Assembly: GCA_964510585.1 (NCBI GenBank)
Contig: CAZECW010000044.1
Location: forward strand, 1 to 7,966
Length of the DNA stretch: 7,966 bases
Origin: an uncultured archaeon
GTDB taxonomy: Archaea > Asgardarchaeota > Jordiarchaeia > Jordiarchaeales > Jordiarchaeaceae
Direction: 5' to 3'
The notes beneath the pieces are model-generated. The model saw only the letters and a program-made list of their open reading frames with translations. It made no database searches and was not told where the DNA came from. The position numbers and the translations under genes are program-made. Positions 7,021-7,966 of the stretch are shown in pieces. Numbering within the stretch: the stretch's first letter is position 1; each line of letters opens with the position of its first letter.

Positions 7021-7281
7021 TCAAACAAGTTCTTCCTCTCTTTCCTTTTCAACCTCCGAATCTAACTCTTTTTCCCGCTCCCGGAGCAGAGTTTCAGCAG
7101 CCCTAGCCCCTCCAAGAGAACCAAATAGTTCACTAAGCCTGCGGGGCCTTTCTATCAATAACTTGGTTTCATCTATAGGCTTTAGAGTGACCTCGACGCC
7201 TTCGCGATACCCATACTTTTCCCTAATCTCTTTAGGGATAACTATCTGACCTTTGCTGGAGATTTTGGTTCGGTATTCCAT
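7021..7281 (-). CDS. vapB: AbrB/MazE/SpoVT-family antitoxin (86 aa)
   Basis: TKISSKGQIVIPKEIREKYGYREG is the AbrB-fold signature; the gene has an acidic C-terminal tail and lies upstream of the PIN gene. Confidence 0.92.
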   Translation of the reverse strand: MEYRTKISSKGQIVIPKEIREKYGYREGVEVTLKPIDETKLLIERPRRLSELFGSLGGARAAETLLREREKELDSEVEKEREEELV

Positions 7282-7386
7282 AAAAAACCCAGAATAAAAA
7301 TATCGGACACAAGTTAAAAATCCTACGTCTTACGTTTTACCGTAAAAATAAGCCGCATTTAAATAACATAGATTCCATCCACCTAG

Positions 7387-7497
7387 TAAGTTTTTAAACC
7401 CATAAAGGAATATCTAAACAGAAACAGCTAGAAAGACTAGCAGCCAAAGAAATTGTAGAAAAACAAAAAGGATTCAAAGCAACAAACGAATAAGTCC
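7387..7497 (+). pseudogene. Diverged remnant copy of the 3' end of the MBL hydrolase gene and its downstream flank
   Basis: From 7404 it reads KGISKQKQLERLAAKEIVEKQKGFKATNE*, versus ERISMQKQLERLVAKGIVEETSRGFKAKQ* at the end of the MBL gene. ACAAACGA and ATAAGTCC are shared with the MBL 3' flank. There is no start codon. Confidence 0.85.
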
Positions 7498-7827
7498 AAG
7501 AAAGGAAAATTCGTCCCTAAAGTTGAGATAAGTTCATCTATTTTTACTTCAATTACTCTATAGTTATAGTACTGTTTGACATATGCTATGGGTCAACATT
7601 TTGGTCTTCAAATTGTATACCTTGGATCAATTTTCAGTGTGAGTCTTAATATACTATTTTTTTTACTACGCATACCTCCCTACGAAGGAGGGCTTAAGAG
7701 TAATTATTTGGTTGATTCGTTGTTTGGAGTGTTGTGCAGTGAAATTTTGAAGAGGGCCGCAGAATTTTATAAAGATGAAAAGACGGTTTAGAAGCATAAA
7801 GAATAATAGGGTAATTTTAAATAATAA

Positions 7828-7932
7828 TTGGGCGTAAAAAGTTTTTAGTGCAGTTTTGAACCGAAAGATTGGAGTAGTGCTTCAGCACAAAGTAGTAACA
7901 GTGATCAAAATGACAGAAGCACCACTCCAATT
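7828..7932 (+). repeat. Copy C of the dispersed element, containing a 16-bp inverted repeat
   Basis: TTGGGCGTAAAAAGTTTTTAGTGCA (7828-7852). Arms ATTGGAGTAGTGCTTC (7868-7883) and GAAGCACCACTCCAAT (7916-7931) are 15/16 complementary around a 32-nt spacer. Confidence 0.7.
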
Positions 7933-7966
7933 GGTCATTCTCACTCTACCCATTTATGCTTTACTA
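7910..7966 (+). CDS. Possible start of a hydrophobic (membrane/secreted) protein running off the window
   Basis: GTGAT-caaa-ATG followed by MTEAPLQLVILTLPIYALL. Only 19 codons are visible. Confidence 0.25.
   Translation, partial: MTEAPLQLVILTLPIYALL

Noticed and set aside
7324-7347. TACGT repeats and TTTTAC-C-GTAAAA upstream of the AbrB-type gene as an operator
   Set aside because: The position is plausible, but the 6-bp AT-rich arms are too short to distinguish from chance.
7576-7791. 71-aa plus-strand ORF
   Set aside because: TTG start with no SD, a poly-T tract and no motif; not supportable as a gene, although a fragment cannot be excluded.
1-7966. CRISPR array, tRNA, rRNA, transposase or integrase
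   Set aside because: No regularly spaced repeats, cloverleaf structures, rRNA-like sequence or DDE/tyrosine/serine recombinase motifs were seen.

Overview
AT-rich accessory region, probably archaeal (inferred from BRE/TATA-like promoters, GGTGA-type Shine-Dalgarno sites and short leaders). Left to right: a truncated minimal nucleotidyltransferase (MNT) gene, a class I SAM methyltransferase, and a three-gene plus-strand cassette. The cassette holds a divergent HhH-GPD/EndoIII-like protein with a 9-Cys tail, a 52-aa ribbon-helix-helix (RHH) ORF missing from the ORF track, and a beta-class N4/N6 DNA methyltransferase coupled to the RHH ORF. Then come a PIN(DUF3368-like)/UPF0175 toxin-antitoxin-like pair, an MBL-fold hydrolase and an AbrB-type/VapC pair. 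The best candidate for an undescribed system is the glycosylase-like + RHH + DNA MTase cassette, which has no recognisable restriction endonuclease. Non-coding structure includes a ~100-bp dispersed element in three colinear copies, a diverged duplicate of the MBL gene 3' end that brackets the vapBC module, and palindromic operator candidates. No rRNA, tRNA, CRISPR array, integrase or transposase was seen. All family assignments come from motif recognition by eye, not database searches.
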